A stretch of DNA of 64,000 nucleotides, from positions 13,454,001 to 13,518,000 of the forward strand of contig JBHGNT010000002.1 in NCBI GenBank assembly GCA_043228905.1. Direction: 5' to 3'. The notes beneath the pieces are model-generated. The model was not told the origin of the DNA, ran no database searches, and saw only the letters and a program-made list of their open reading frames with translations. Below, piece by piece: positions 37,898 through 50,600 of this stretch; positions within the stretch are counted from its first letter, which is position 1; each line of letters starts with the position of its first letter. The DNA comes from Azolla caroliniana (lineage: Eukaryota > Plantae > Polypodiophyta). The position numbers and the translations under genes were made by a program.

Positions 37898-37956
37898 ATG
37901 TGGCCTCTTTAATATTTGGTAGTAGTTAGACACGAGCACCCGGATGGTTTTATAAT

Positions 37957-38030
37957 TATGTATGTATGTATGTATGTATGTATGGATGTACATAGTTTGT
38001 TAGTAGCAGTAGCAGTAGCAGTAGTAGTAA
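37957..38030. repeat. (TATG)n and (AGT/AGC)n microsatellites upstream of the kinase gene
   Basis: Read directly from the sequence. Confidence 0.9.
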
Positions 38031-38183
38031 ATAAGAAATACATACATATTGATATATGTATGCGGCTTGATACCTTTCTTCAGCAGGAGCCCTAATTCCC
38101 TTACTTCTTCTTCTTCTGCATAGAGGATACGAAATATCGATCGATCTTTTGCCATATCCTTCGTATATGATTCGTCGTTGAAG

Positions 38184-38277
38184 ATGAGTTTCTCTGCCTT
38201 TCTTCTTTCACACTCTAGAAGAAAACTTCGATGTGCTCCTGTTATACTTCGGCATTTCTCCTCTCATCTTCAACCAG
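38184..38277 (+). CDS. ABC1K2: ABC1 kinase exon 1 (putative transit peptide)
   Basis: [31 protein letters not shown], then a GT donor. Confidence 0.6.
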
Positions 38278-41200
38278 GTTTTCGTATGCTTACTGTTACT
38301 GTTTCTTTCTTGGAAATCAACTTTATCTGATCTGTGATTTTTACAGTATATGTAATTATTTGTACTGTGTCTAGAAACCTAGGATTTTTTCACTATTTTT
38401 TACTGATTCTGACCTGTAGTTAGGTTTTATATGTAAGTAAGAATCCGATCGTTTTTGTAAGCATCGAGTTGTTCTAGCAGACGCATACAGAAATGATAAC
38501 AACGAATTGAAACTCCTTTTGAAGCTCTGTTTATTTTCCTCTTAATTTTAAGCAAGGCATACAAGAAGTTAGATGAAAGCTTCCAAACGAAAATATCAGA
38601 TAGATTCCATTTTTTCTGTTTATGCATCTAAATGACTGGGAAAAACACATTGCGATATGGAGATTCCATCTTTTTCTTAAATATAAAAGATTGATGTTGC
38701 TCTTCCTGCATGCAATTAACTTATAATGAGAAGTCACACAATTATGTCGATCTAAAAGATGGATTTCTGATGTGCAGAAGGCTACTCTAAGAGAAGTGCT
38801 GGAGACTTTGCACTCAGAAATCGTCTTCCCATTTGTGCAAACATGTGAGTGTTGCATCAGTATCAAGTGTTCTTTTTTTCCTAATATAAGATTTAGCTAG
38901 AAGTTCACATTTATGATTACCTAGAAGTATAGTTTTTATGGACATGCAGGTCATTTGAACACACCTGCCATTAAAGAAAAAATGTTTATGCAGGTGTTCT
39001 TCAAATCTTAACATGATTGAAGGAATGCATTTGATCACTACTTTGCTGTACATGTGGTATTTACGTGATATATTAAAGGACACTGCCAAATGTCTAGAGT
39101 CTGGACTTTGTATAGTGTTATCTTAACACATTTAAATTGGAACCCAAGATTAGGAAAAAATAGCTATTCCTCGATATATTTTTGATGATTTTCCTTGTAC
39201 CACTCATAATTAAATAATCATGTCAATTCATAAGGTATTTATGAGAATGATTCAAAGAGTCTACTATCTTTTGTGGCTGGCAGATTTTGCTTCAACAAAA
39301 GAATACATGTTGACTCGAGTGGTGTCCACATGACCCATTATGAAGTGGGAAGATTTCATGTTGAGAAGAAAGAAAGATCAAGGAAATTCTATCATTTTCG
39401 TCCTCTTTTGGTAATCTACAGAGCAGCTTATATAATGACAGAAGTTGCCATTTTAACTGTGTGGCACGTCTTTCTCAAGGACATACGCAAACGAGCAGAA
39501 AAGGTAGGACATACGTCTTTCTTCTCTGGAGGTTGCATTGTGATTTTGGGATTTCTTAAATCTTATACTATCTGCATATCTCCATTATTTACAGTTACGA
39601 AGATGCCTTATTCGGCTTGGGCCTTTCTATGTTAAGGTATTTCATTTGTTCAGAGCTAAAAATGATTCAAAGCATTTAGCAAAATCTCATGGCTTTATTT
39701 ATAATTTCAGTAAAGTTTCTATTTATGAAGTAATTTCATATATAGTCTATCAGGATGTCAATATAATTGTAAACCTATCAGCTCATAAAATTTAGATTCA
39801 TTTATGACATTAATAAATACAGTAGTATATTGGATAATATTTTTGGTAGTTATTGAATGCTTTGATACATACTAGATGCATAGACTAATGAGTTAGTCCT
39901 CAGAACCTTAGAAATTTGCGTAAATTTTCATTTTGTGAACACGTTTAGATGTTTTGCCTAGTGATTGCATGTAATTTTTGTGTGTGTATGTGGATCCATT
40001 TTCTTTCAGATGTATTGAACATATTGTGTACCAAGAGATTCTTCATGTTTTAGATAAGTCTGAACCTGTAACAAAGGCATAGATAAACTGAAGTAAGCAG
40101 TCAGATGAATGTTTCTTATATGTAACATTTATTTTTTGGGAGGGTGGTGTTTACGGATCTAAAGCAGATGATGTATGTAACATTTATTGTTTGTGAGTGT
40201 CATGCGTGGATCTAAAGCAAACATTTGCCATAGAGTATGTTGAATGGATTAACTATTGTGCATAGGCTCTTCTCATAACCCTGTTGTGCTTTGTCGTTCA
40301 CACTAGATCCTTGTTTTTCTTATATGGGGCTCATAAGACTAGAGCTGGTGAGCTTAAATATGAAGTGGCAAGTGTGAACATTGAATTAATCATCAATTTC
40401 CCATATGTATTACATCCTTGTGCTCATTGATTATTGAATATGGATTTTCATCCCTATGTTTTGTCAAGTTTTCCAAATGATATATTTAGCATAGCATAGA
40501 GATTCCTGTCAGCATAACAGTGTTTAAACCCAAGTGAGAGAAAGAAGGTATCAATTTTGTCATCCCAAGCTTTGGGCGCTTGCTTTAAGCCATACAAGGC
40601 TTTGTGTAACCTATAGACCATGTTTTTCTGCTCTGAAATCTCGAAACCTGGAGGCTGTTCAACATAAACCTCCTCTTTCAAGTCACCATTAAGGAAGGCT
40701 GACTTGACATCCATTTGAAAGATGGGCCATTTGTTGGGAGCAGCAAGTGCAAGTGCACATCGAATAGAGGTGTACCTTACTGTTGGAGCAAAAGTTTCCT
40801 CATAATCCACTCATTCGATTTGTGAGTAGCCTTTTGCAACTAAACGTGCATTGTGCTTATCCAAAGTACCATCAACATGGTACTTGGTCTTGAAAATCCA
40901 TTTTAGTCCAATGACTTGTCAATGTTGAGGCCGTGGAACTAGCTCCCATGTATGATTCCGCTCAATGGAATTAAGTTCAACTTCCATTGTTGCTTTCCAC
41001 TTTGGAAGAACAAGGGCCTCTTTAGTTGTTGTGGGTTCTTGTGATTGCACAACAATGCACAGTAAGGCAAAGTTGCATGAGTGAAGAGGCTATTGTGAAT
41101 TATGTGTTCTTTTCATGTTGGTCGGAGAACCAGATGTATACTCATGAAGTTCAGCATCGGAGAGATGAGAATCACGAATGGTGGCTTGAAGCCACTTGGG

Positions 41201-44200
41201 AAGTGGTGGAAGTTGGTGTGTAGAGGGAAGGGAAACGAGTGGAGTTGAGGGAGAGGTTTGAATTGTTGGCAAAGTTAGAGGTTGAGTAGGAGTGAATTAT
41301 GTGTTCTTTTCATGTTGGTCGGAGAACCATATGTATACTCATGAAGTTCAGCATCGGAGAGATGAGAATCACGAATGGTGGCTTGAAGCCACTTGGGAAG
41401 TGGTGGAAGTTGGTGTGTAGAGGGAAGGGAAACGAGTGGAGTTGAGGGAGAGGTTTGAATTGTTGGCAAAGTTAGAGGTTGAGTAGGAGGAGATGGGGGG
41501 CTTGAAGGTGAGACATCTTCGTTTGAAATAGGAGATTCTGGAGCAGCTGGGATCTCAACGTGAACTCAGGTGAAAGCCTAGAGTCATCCTCTTAGACTCC
41601 ACAAAATGAACATCCTTAGAGATGACTAGGGACTTTGATTTTGAATCCCAGAACTTTGTAGGCTTTAGAGTGTTGTAACCAAGAAATTTGCATTTCTTGG
41701 TTTTGGACTCAAATTTAGTCCTTTTATGATCTAAAATGTGAACATAAGCATCAGAACCAAAGACTTTAAAATGAGATACTGAGGGCTTTACACTTGTAAA
41801 TGCTTCTGTAGGGGTCATTGTAGCAATTGCTTTTGTTGGGCAGCAGTTGATGATGTAGATTGCTGTGTTGACAGCTTCACCCCAAAATGAGAGAGGAAGA
41901 TCAGATTGAGATAGCATTGTACGAGCCATCTCTTGGACTGTCCGGTTCTTCCTTTCCACAACTCCATTTTGTTGAGGAGTATTGGGTGTAGAAAATTGGC
42001 GAGCAATGCCTCGTTGAGAGCAGAAATGGTGGAAAGCTTGGGAGATAAACTCTCCACCATTGTCGGACTTGATCTTTCAAACTTTCTCTGATGTCTCATT
42101 CTCAACAAGAGCTACCCATTCTTGAAATTTGGTGACTGCTTGAGATTTCTCTACAAGAAAATAAACCCAAACCTTACGGGAGAAATCATCAATTATAAGC
42201 ATGAAGTAGCGTGCACCACCAAGAGTAGTGGTTTTCATGGGACCACAAAGATCAATGTGCCCTAACTCCAAGATAGATGTTGCACGGTGAGTGGCTTCAT
42301 GAGGGAAAGGCTCTCGATGTTGCTTGCCATGAAGACAAGAAACACATGGGGTATTGGGAGTTTTGAAAATAGGCAGACCTTCAACTAGCTGTGTAGAGGA
42401 GAGCTTTTGTAGAGAATTGCAGTTGAGGTGACCGTACCTAGCATGCCATCACGTGGGATCTTCTTGTGCCACCAAGGCATGAGAGCCTTGAAGAAGATGA
42501 AGAAGATGAGATTTGGACTTTTCCAAGGGACTATGGTAGCTTTTTAGGCGATATAAACCCCCTTCTTGTGTGCCACTAGCTACAATTTGTAGGCTTTTGG
42601 TATCAATCACTTCCAAAACTGAGCTATCAAAGTAGACTCCATAACCTTGCGTGGCGATTTTGTAGACCGAAAGTAGGTTGGCAGAGATGCGAGGCACATG
42701 TAGCAAATCTTGAAGAACGATAGGTTCTTCATTTGAAGAATTGTCAAGAAACACATTACCCACACATGAAGCCTCAATGCTTGAGGCATCTCCTATAGAG
42801 ATTTGGGAAGAGCTAGGCTTCACATCATGCAAAATGGATTTGTCATAGGTCATGTGTGAAGTAGAAGTGGCACCACTATCTACTAACCACTCATCAATGG
42901 TTGAGGTAGTTGGTCCAGCCAAATGTGAAAATTGTTCCTCAATGCCAAGGAAAACTGTTTCTTTGGCTGAGTGGACCGAGTTTGATTTTGGTGTAGGTTG
43001 ACTTTCGGTAGAAGAAGATTTCTTGGCAATGTCTCTTTTCTTTTTCCGACAGTCGGGCTGAATGCCACAATAATGACAGGTAAACTCCTTGTAGGCTGGG
43101 TTGTTTGGTGGTCTTGGATTGGGTTTGTTGTAGGAGTTACCATTTTGCGTCCACTTGCCTTTACTTTTCGCATGTAGAAGCGTCTCATTGGAAGTTTGAG
43201 CACTTTTCTTCCTTGTTGCCCTGTCTTGTAGCATGCCAAGAAATGTATTCATGTTAGGTGTGTTGGGAAGAAGAGAAATTGTGTCACAAAAAGCTGAGAA
43301 TGACTTAGGCAACTTTATCATTAGACGATGCACAAACTCAACCTCAGTTGATTCGCTTCCCAAAGAAACTAGTTCCTTTTGGAGAGTAACAAATTGCGTT
43401 ATTTGATCCATGATGTTGGGAGTGTCATGAATCTTGAGATTGGTTAGTTGGTTCTGAATAGCTATCATTTGAGCATGATTAGCTCTATGATACCTGGTTT
43501 TGATGGCTGCACATAGTTCATTGGCTGTCTCTTCATCTGTGTCTTGAAATTGACGAGCGATGCTCGGTTTAATATTAAACATGAGGAAAGCATGAGCACG
43601 AGAATCCTTATCGAGCCAAGCTTCAATCTCAGCTTTAGAGGAGCCAACAACTGATTTGGGTGAAGAAGATGAAGTTACCGGTGGTGTCTTCTCACTACCA
43701 TTGACTACATTCCATAGACAATGGTACTATAGACGATGGTATTGTAGCAAGGTCTTTATCTGCAGTTCCCAATCCAAGTAATTGTTCCCATCCAAGATGG
43801 ACTCTTTGGGGAGTTGGGGAATGGTTGATGAAACAATGGTGGCATGTGAGGCTATGGATATCCTCCTTTTGAGCTACAACTGGACAATTTACAGCAGCTG
43901 TAAGTAAATGCTCAGGGCTTTTCTACTTCTCCCTAGGTCCTAGGTGAGGCTCAAATGAGTGGAAAAGAAAACAGAAGAACCTCCTCTGTAGGTTGGGAGG
44001 GTGGCTGCTAAGAGAACCTCCTCTATAGGGTTGGGAGGGAGGAATAAAAGAAGATAGGTCTGTGTGTTCTTTGGCAAAAAAAATCAGGCTGAGGATATGG
44101 AGACCTCATTGCTCTGATACCATGTGAGAAAAGCTGGTAATAGCAGCAATGGAACAGTTGTTGGAACAAAATAGACACAGCCAAGCTGTGAGAAGGCTGC

Positions 44201-44573
44201 TAGACAGCAGTAGAAAAAATGGTTGCAGAGAGTAGAGCTTCTTATTAAGTAGCAGCAAAAGTAAAAGTTTTTACAAAAGAGGCTGGTATAGACTATTTAC
44301 ACAAAATTGGGGAAAGTGGGTGAAATGGTTGTTTGGTAGGTAAGTGACTCTTGTACTACCAAACAGGTATAATAAACTAGGAATAAGAAGGAATATCTTG
44401 GAAAAAGTGGAAGAGAATAGAGACATTTAAAGCGTTGCAGATTCTAGAGAGAGAAGGCATTTAAAGAGTCGTAGATTCTAGAGAGAGAAGAATCTGGGAA
44501 AAGAGAGAATGTAGTACAGGGATAATAAAGATGAAAGAGAGTGCAGGTTTGGAGCTGCCACCCTCCAACACAT

Positions 44574-44619
<46 letters not shown>

Positions 44620-47600
44620 CTATCCATGATACATAGAATATGCTCTTAGAAGAAGAAGAGCTTTAAATGCTGATGTGGCAGCTAAGTCATGCCCTCATAG
44701 ATATCTATTTAATGCTGAGTCGAACCTTGTACAAGGATCCCATTCAAAGTACAAAATATTCTTTTCGAAGTTGTTGTACAACTCTGAAAACGAGATTATA
44801 CGACTTTTAGCAAAAAATAGAAAAGATTTAATAATATAAACTCCCACCTCACTTTTGGCACCGTATCCCAAAAAAACGCCTTTGATGGAATTTGCATACA
44901 GCTTGTTCCATATTTTGAACAAAATGTCAGATACATAAAAGAGTGTCCAAATGAAATAATCCATAACATTTATTGGGTTTTCAAGGTGATATATGTTAAT
45001 AGTATGACTAAAATTTCATCACAAATTGCGAAGAAAATGTCAGAAACATAAAAGAATGTGCAATGAAACACACATATATGTAGACATTATACATTTTTGT
45101 AGATTAATATCGTATAAATTTAAGGGAGAATATTAACAGTTCTCATTGTTTACGTGATGTGAACTAATGAATTATGATCGATTGTGCAGCTTGGTCAGGC
45201 CTTAAGCACACGACCAGATGTATTGCCAAATGCATATTGTCAAGAACTTGCGAAGTTGCAGGTAAGCTGTTTGCCTGATCTGTGTAGTTTCAAGGGTTGC
45301 TTAGAACTAGAATGGTGGTTAAGTAGGTATGTTAACTAAGTTTGTGGCTTTTAGGATATCATCGGACTGTTGATTTGAAAAATCATGACATGCAAACTGA
45401 TGTGGATTCTTCAAGGATCAAATTCCACCATTTCGGAGCTCAATTGCCTTGAAGTTCATCGAGTCGGAGCTTGGATATCCGGCTTCTGAGCTGTTTGCTG
45501 ATATAAGTGCAGAACCAGTAGCAGCTGCCTCCTTGGGACAAGTTTATAAAGGTCTATACTTTTCCTGCACACCCATTGTAATAGATTGGAATTTCCATAG
45601 AAATCCTAAGACGACAATTTCTGCATGTTAACCACTTCATGTTATGGCAGCTCATTTAATTTCTGGAGAGCCTGTTGCAGTCAAGGTTCAGAGGCCAGGC
45701 ATGCAGTCACGGTTAACACTTGATTCTTACCTTTTACACATTGTTGGAGGCTCACTTCGGCGTTTCTTAGGAGCACGTGGTGATGTTGTGGCTGCTGTCA
45801 ATGAAATGGTAGATTTTTCTGCCTTTGTTTACTGTTTGTCGAAAATTGATTGATCAAATCCGTAGAGGAGATCTTGCCCAATATAAGTTGATTGACCATA
45901 AAATTGTAAGTTTGTTCTGTTAGGTTGGGCATATGTTCGATGAGATTGATTACAGAAAGGAAGGTCAAAATGCTGAACGTTTTGCAAGACTGTATGGTGA
46001 GCATGCTGAAGGTGAGTCTAAAGGATTGTAAGAATTATTACCCATATTCATTGTTATGGCCTGTAAGATTCTTAAATGAGGGGTTTTTTTGTTCGTGTCT
46101 TCATAGGGTGTCCTCAACAAATATATAACAATAAAACAACAAGAGAAAATAGCCGGCAAAAAACTGGCCAGCCTTTTGGTTTTGTTAAGGTTCCAAAAAT
46201 ATATTGGAATCTCTCAACTCAGGGTGTACTTACCATGGAATGGATTGATGGAATCAAGTTAACGGACTTAGAGACATTGCAGAAGATGCACTTTGATGTT
46301 CAGCAGCTTGTTGATCAGGTATAGTTCATAATTCATTGGTCTTATTCATTAAGTAATGATCTTCCTGTTACCTGATCATCCAGAAAGGTGGGAAACCTTC
46401 CAGGTACTAGGTTTGATTCCATTACCTTGAACCTTTCAAATCGTTTTTTACAGGGGGTATTTTGCTCGTTAAGGCAACTTTTAGAGGAAGGGTTTTTCCA
46501 TGCTGATCCTCATCCTGGTAACCTTGTGGTGACAAGAGAAGGCAAGCTTGCTTACTTTGATTTTGGTATGATGGGCGACTTTCCTGAGGAGTACCGCATT
46601 GGCCTCATTCGTACGGTAGGGGCTTTAATCTAATTTTTTGCTGATATTTTGTTTACAGAACTGATGCTCTGGTGTTCTTCTTTCCATTTTTGGAAAGAAC
46701 CTGCATGTTGATTTTTATGTATGCTATTCCATTGACATCACAGAAAAGACACGGAAATCATGAAGTTATTCAATGAGGCCAAATCGGAAAGGGATATTGT
46801 CATGATCATTAGTGCTGTAGGATGATTCTGAGATGGCCTAGGCATAGGTGTGGACACAAAGTTGTTTAGGTAAGGGGGTTGGTTGGGTGTGCATACTAGC
46901 CCTTGTGGATAGGGGTGAGTATATTAAGGCATCTCTCAAGGTTGGAGGACAAGAGGAGGGAAGACGAGTAGAGAGAAGAGGGGGAGATAGAGAGGGAGGG
47001 GGAGCTTGATGTAGCTGATCTGTTCATTCAACATTTGTTGAGAATGATTAAAGTTATAGCCAAACGGCTAGTCAGCCCCAACAGCTAGTTAGCCCAATGG
47101 CTAGATCTTTGCCTTTATAAAGAGGAACCTTCTCCTCATGTAAAAATAAGCCATCTCTGTATTTTCTCTTGCTTGTTGTGACATATATGTATATTCTTGA
47201 ATACATTTGTTTTCTCATTTTTCAATTTGGTATCAAAGCCTAGATCCGCCCTTCTACCAGACCCTAGATTTTCCCCTTTGCCAAACCCTAGATCCACCCC
47301 TTTGTTGGGGTAAAGCCACTAAATGACCCCTTATAGTGTGAACTTGGCCAACCCTAAATGGGTCATATAAAACATAAGTTAAAAACTTTTGAGTCTCACT
47401 TCAAAGGTGAGCTCCTCCAACTACTGCTCTTTTTCCATCTTTTCTGCCATAGCTCCATTGTTGCATCTAAACATCCGATACTAGGGTGAATCCTGAGTAT
47501 TTCTCAGCCCTATTGACATCATTCCTAACCCTTACAACTTATCTCAGAGTGAGGTTTAGGGTTTCAGAACTTCTATGTAGGTGCTGTACAACAATGAAAA

Positions 47601-50600
47601 AGTGTTCAGACCTCTTTATTGTGTAGTTATGGCATCATCCTCCTCAGATGTGAAGAATCTTTTTGAGATTTGACGATTTGAGGGAACAAGTTTTGACTTG
47701 TGGAAGGAGAGAATGCAAGGAATTCTTTTTCTGAAGAATTGTGACAGGGCATTGGAGGCAGAAAAACCAGAGAACATGTTAGAAGATGCATGGTGGATTT
47801 TAAACAAAAAGGCTGTCATATATATTAAGATGGTTGTTTTTGATGAGATTTTAGTACATCTCAAAGGGTTGGTATTGGCTTCTGAAATATGGGCAAAGTT
47901 GAAGGCTACATATGAAAACAATACACATGTTAATCAAGTACACCTAATGCGAAAGCTTGTTGGCATGCAACTGGATGAGTCCAAGAGTGCAGCTGAACAC
48001 TTGTCCTTGTTTACAGGCCAAAGCTCAACATGAGCATTGCATACAGTTAGTGGAAGTTACTTGAATGTTCACATCGGACCTTTAAGTGGGAGGTTGTTAG
48101 GTGTAAAGGCCCGTAGTTCACAAATTAGATAATTATTCGTATATGTGAACACATTGTTCACCTGGACAAGACACCTCTTTTTGGTAATGGGAACACACCT
48201 CTTTCTGTGTAGGGCTAACTAATATAATAACCTTTTTTTTTTCTATACCAATAAAGGCGGTTGGGTACACCCAAAAAATTGTGCCGCTACTCTCGTCTCT
48301 ACTACAGTCTTGTTTGCTGAACGTTATCAATCAATAGCTGCTCCCTCAAACATCCCTCTTTACCTTTATAAGGATTGGAAATTACATCAATTAGATGTAA
48401 AAAATGCATTCCTTCATGGAGAGTTGATGGAGGAAGTGTACATGGATATCCCGCCTAGGTTTTGGTACAATTCAAACAGTAGGCAGGGTTTGCAGACTAA
48501 GGAAGTTGCTTTATGGACTAAAGCAATCTCGAGCCTGGATCGATAGGTTAAGAAGGGCTATGGTGGGTATGGGTACCAACAGATCAATGTGGACCATACA
48601 ATGTTTTTCCGACAACACAAGGAGCGTACTATGCTACTTGCTGTGTATGTGGATGATATAATTATTAGGGCAACGATGAAGGAGAAATTGCCCATCTGAA
48701 GGTGCAACTAGGTAAAGAGTTCGAGGTGAAAGATCTAGGATTGCTACAACACTTTCATGCAATTGAGGTAGCTCGTGGGGTAGAAGGAGTTCTATTGCAA
48801 CGAAAATATGTATTAGATATTCTCCTAGAAACTGGAATGTTGGGTTGTAGGTCTGTAGCTTCTCCAATTGACCCAAAAATCAAGTTAACTGAACTTGCAG
48901 GAGAGAAAGTTGATTGTGAAAGGTATCAAAGATTGGTAGGTCGGCTGATTTATTTGATTCTTACTCTTCCAGCTATTTCATTTGCAGTAAGTGTGGTAAG
49001 TCGTTACATGCATGATCCGAGGAAAGATCATATGGATGCAGTGTACCAGATTTTGAGATATCTCAAAGGTGCCCCGGGGAAGGGATTTATCTTTAGAAAA
49101 CATGGTCATTTTAACATTGAGGGCTATTGTGATTCTGATTGGTCTAATTGTGCTGATGATGGGAAATCCACATCAGGATACTGCATTTTTGTTGGGGGCA
49201 ATCTGGTCTCTTGCAAGAGTAAGAAATAGTCAGTGGTAGCAAGGTCAACAACAGAAGCAGAGTATAGAGCTATTGCTGTAGGAGTTGCGGAGATGTTGTG
49301 GCTGAGAACTCTCCTAGTAGAATTAAAGATGAATCAAGAAAATCAGATGAGGCTGTGGTGTGACAATAAGTCAGCATTGCCAACAATCGACATATTCTTT
49401 ATCAAGGGGAAGCTTGATAGTGGGATATTAAAATTGAGTCATGTTTCTACTGAAGATCAAGTAGCAGATTGTCTTACAAAGGGATTTGGGCTAATAAGTC
49501 TTTCTAGATCGTGTGACAATATGGGCTTAGTGGATATCTTTCACCCATCTTGAGGGAGAGTGTTGAGAATGAACGGCTAGTCAGCCCCAACAGCTAGTTA
49601 GCCCAATGACCAGATCTTGGCCTTTATAAAGAGGAACCTTATCCTCATGTAAAAATAAGCCATCTCTGTATTTTCTCTCTCCTGTTGTGATATATATGAA
49701 TATTCTTGAATAAATGTGTTTTTTTCATTTTTCAATTACATTTATTCCTTGTTCATGTGTTGCCCTAAGGCTCTTATTGTAATTCACTGCACTTGTGCTA
49801 TGGTGTTTCTGAATACGTACATATGCATAAAAGAAATCTAGAAACCTAACAAACTCACATTGACGTTCAGTTTTATGTGCATTATTTTTGGGATACTGTG
49901 GCTATTCAGTCATTTTGTTTATTTGTAGAGGTTTTATCTGCGTTTTGCCACCTTTTTATGAAGTTCATGCTGCTACCACAATGATTAGTTTTTTTGCAAA
50001 TGATTGCAATTATTTTGTAGCCATGCCATACTACCTTTTGGTTCATTTATATGAGATGATCAGTTCAAGATTCTTTTCGGATAATAATGTTTGGTTTGGT
50101 CTATGTTCTCTTTAAATTTCTGTAATGATAATTAAGGTCATGTATCTGGTGCTGGTAATGACATCTTGGAGTTTTTGAAAATCTAGTGTTCCATTTGCTC
50201 ACGCGCTTGTTTTAACTTTGGGCATGAATCCCAAACTTTTTTTGATATACATATAGTAATGCCAGACAATTATACTCTAGAAATACAATATGTGATATCT
50301 AGGCGGAATAGGTTTGCAAAATATCACAGCTTTACTTCAGACCAGGAATGTGATTAATATGACTACCTGAGTATCAAAGTTTTGCCAATTGTCCTCTAAT
50401 GAATTCTTCCCTGATTGTATCTGCAGCATTACGTAATTGAGAAGTGGCACTTGTTCTGTGGTATCCTATCAAATGGTTTTTGTTAATCCATGTCAAGAAA
50501 TAAAATCTCCTCCCATGTCAATGTGGCTGAACTATCTGTCATTGGAGGTTTATAATCGATTAATTATTTGGTCTCAAAAGCATCAAACTCTTTATCTGTG

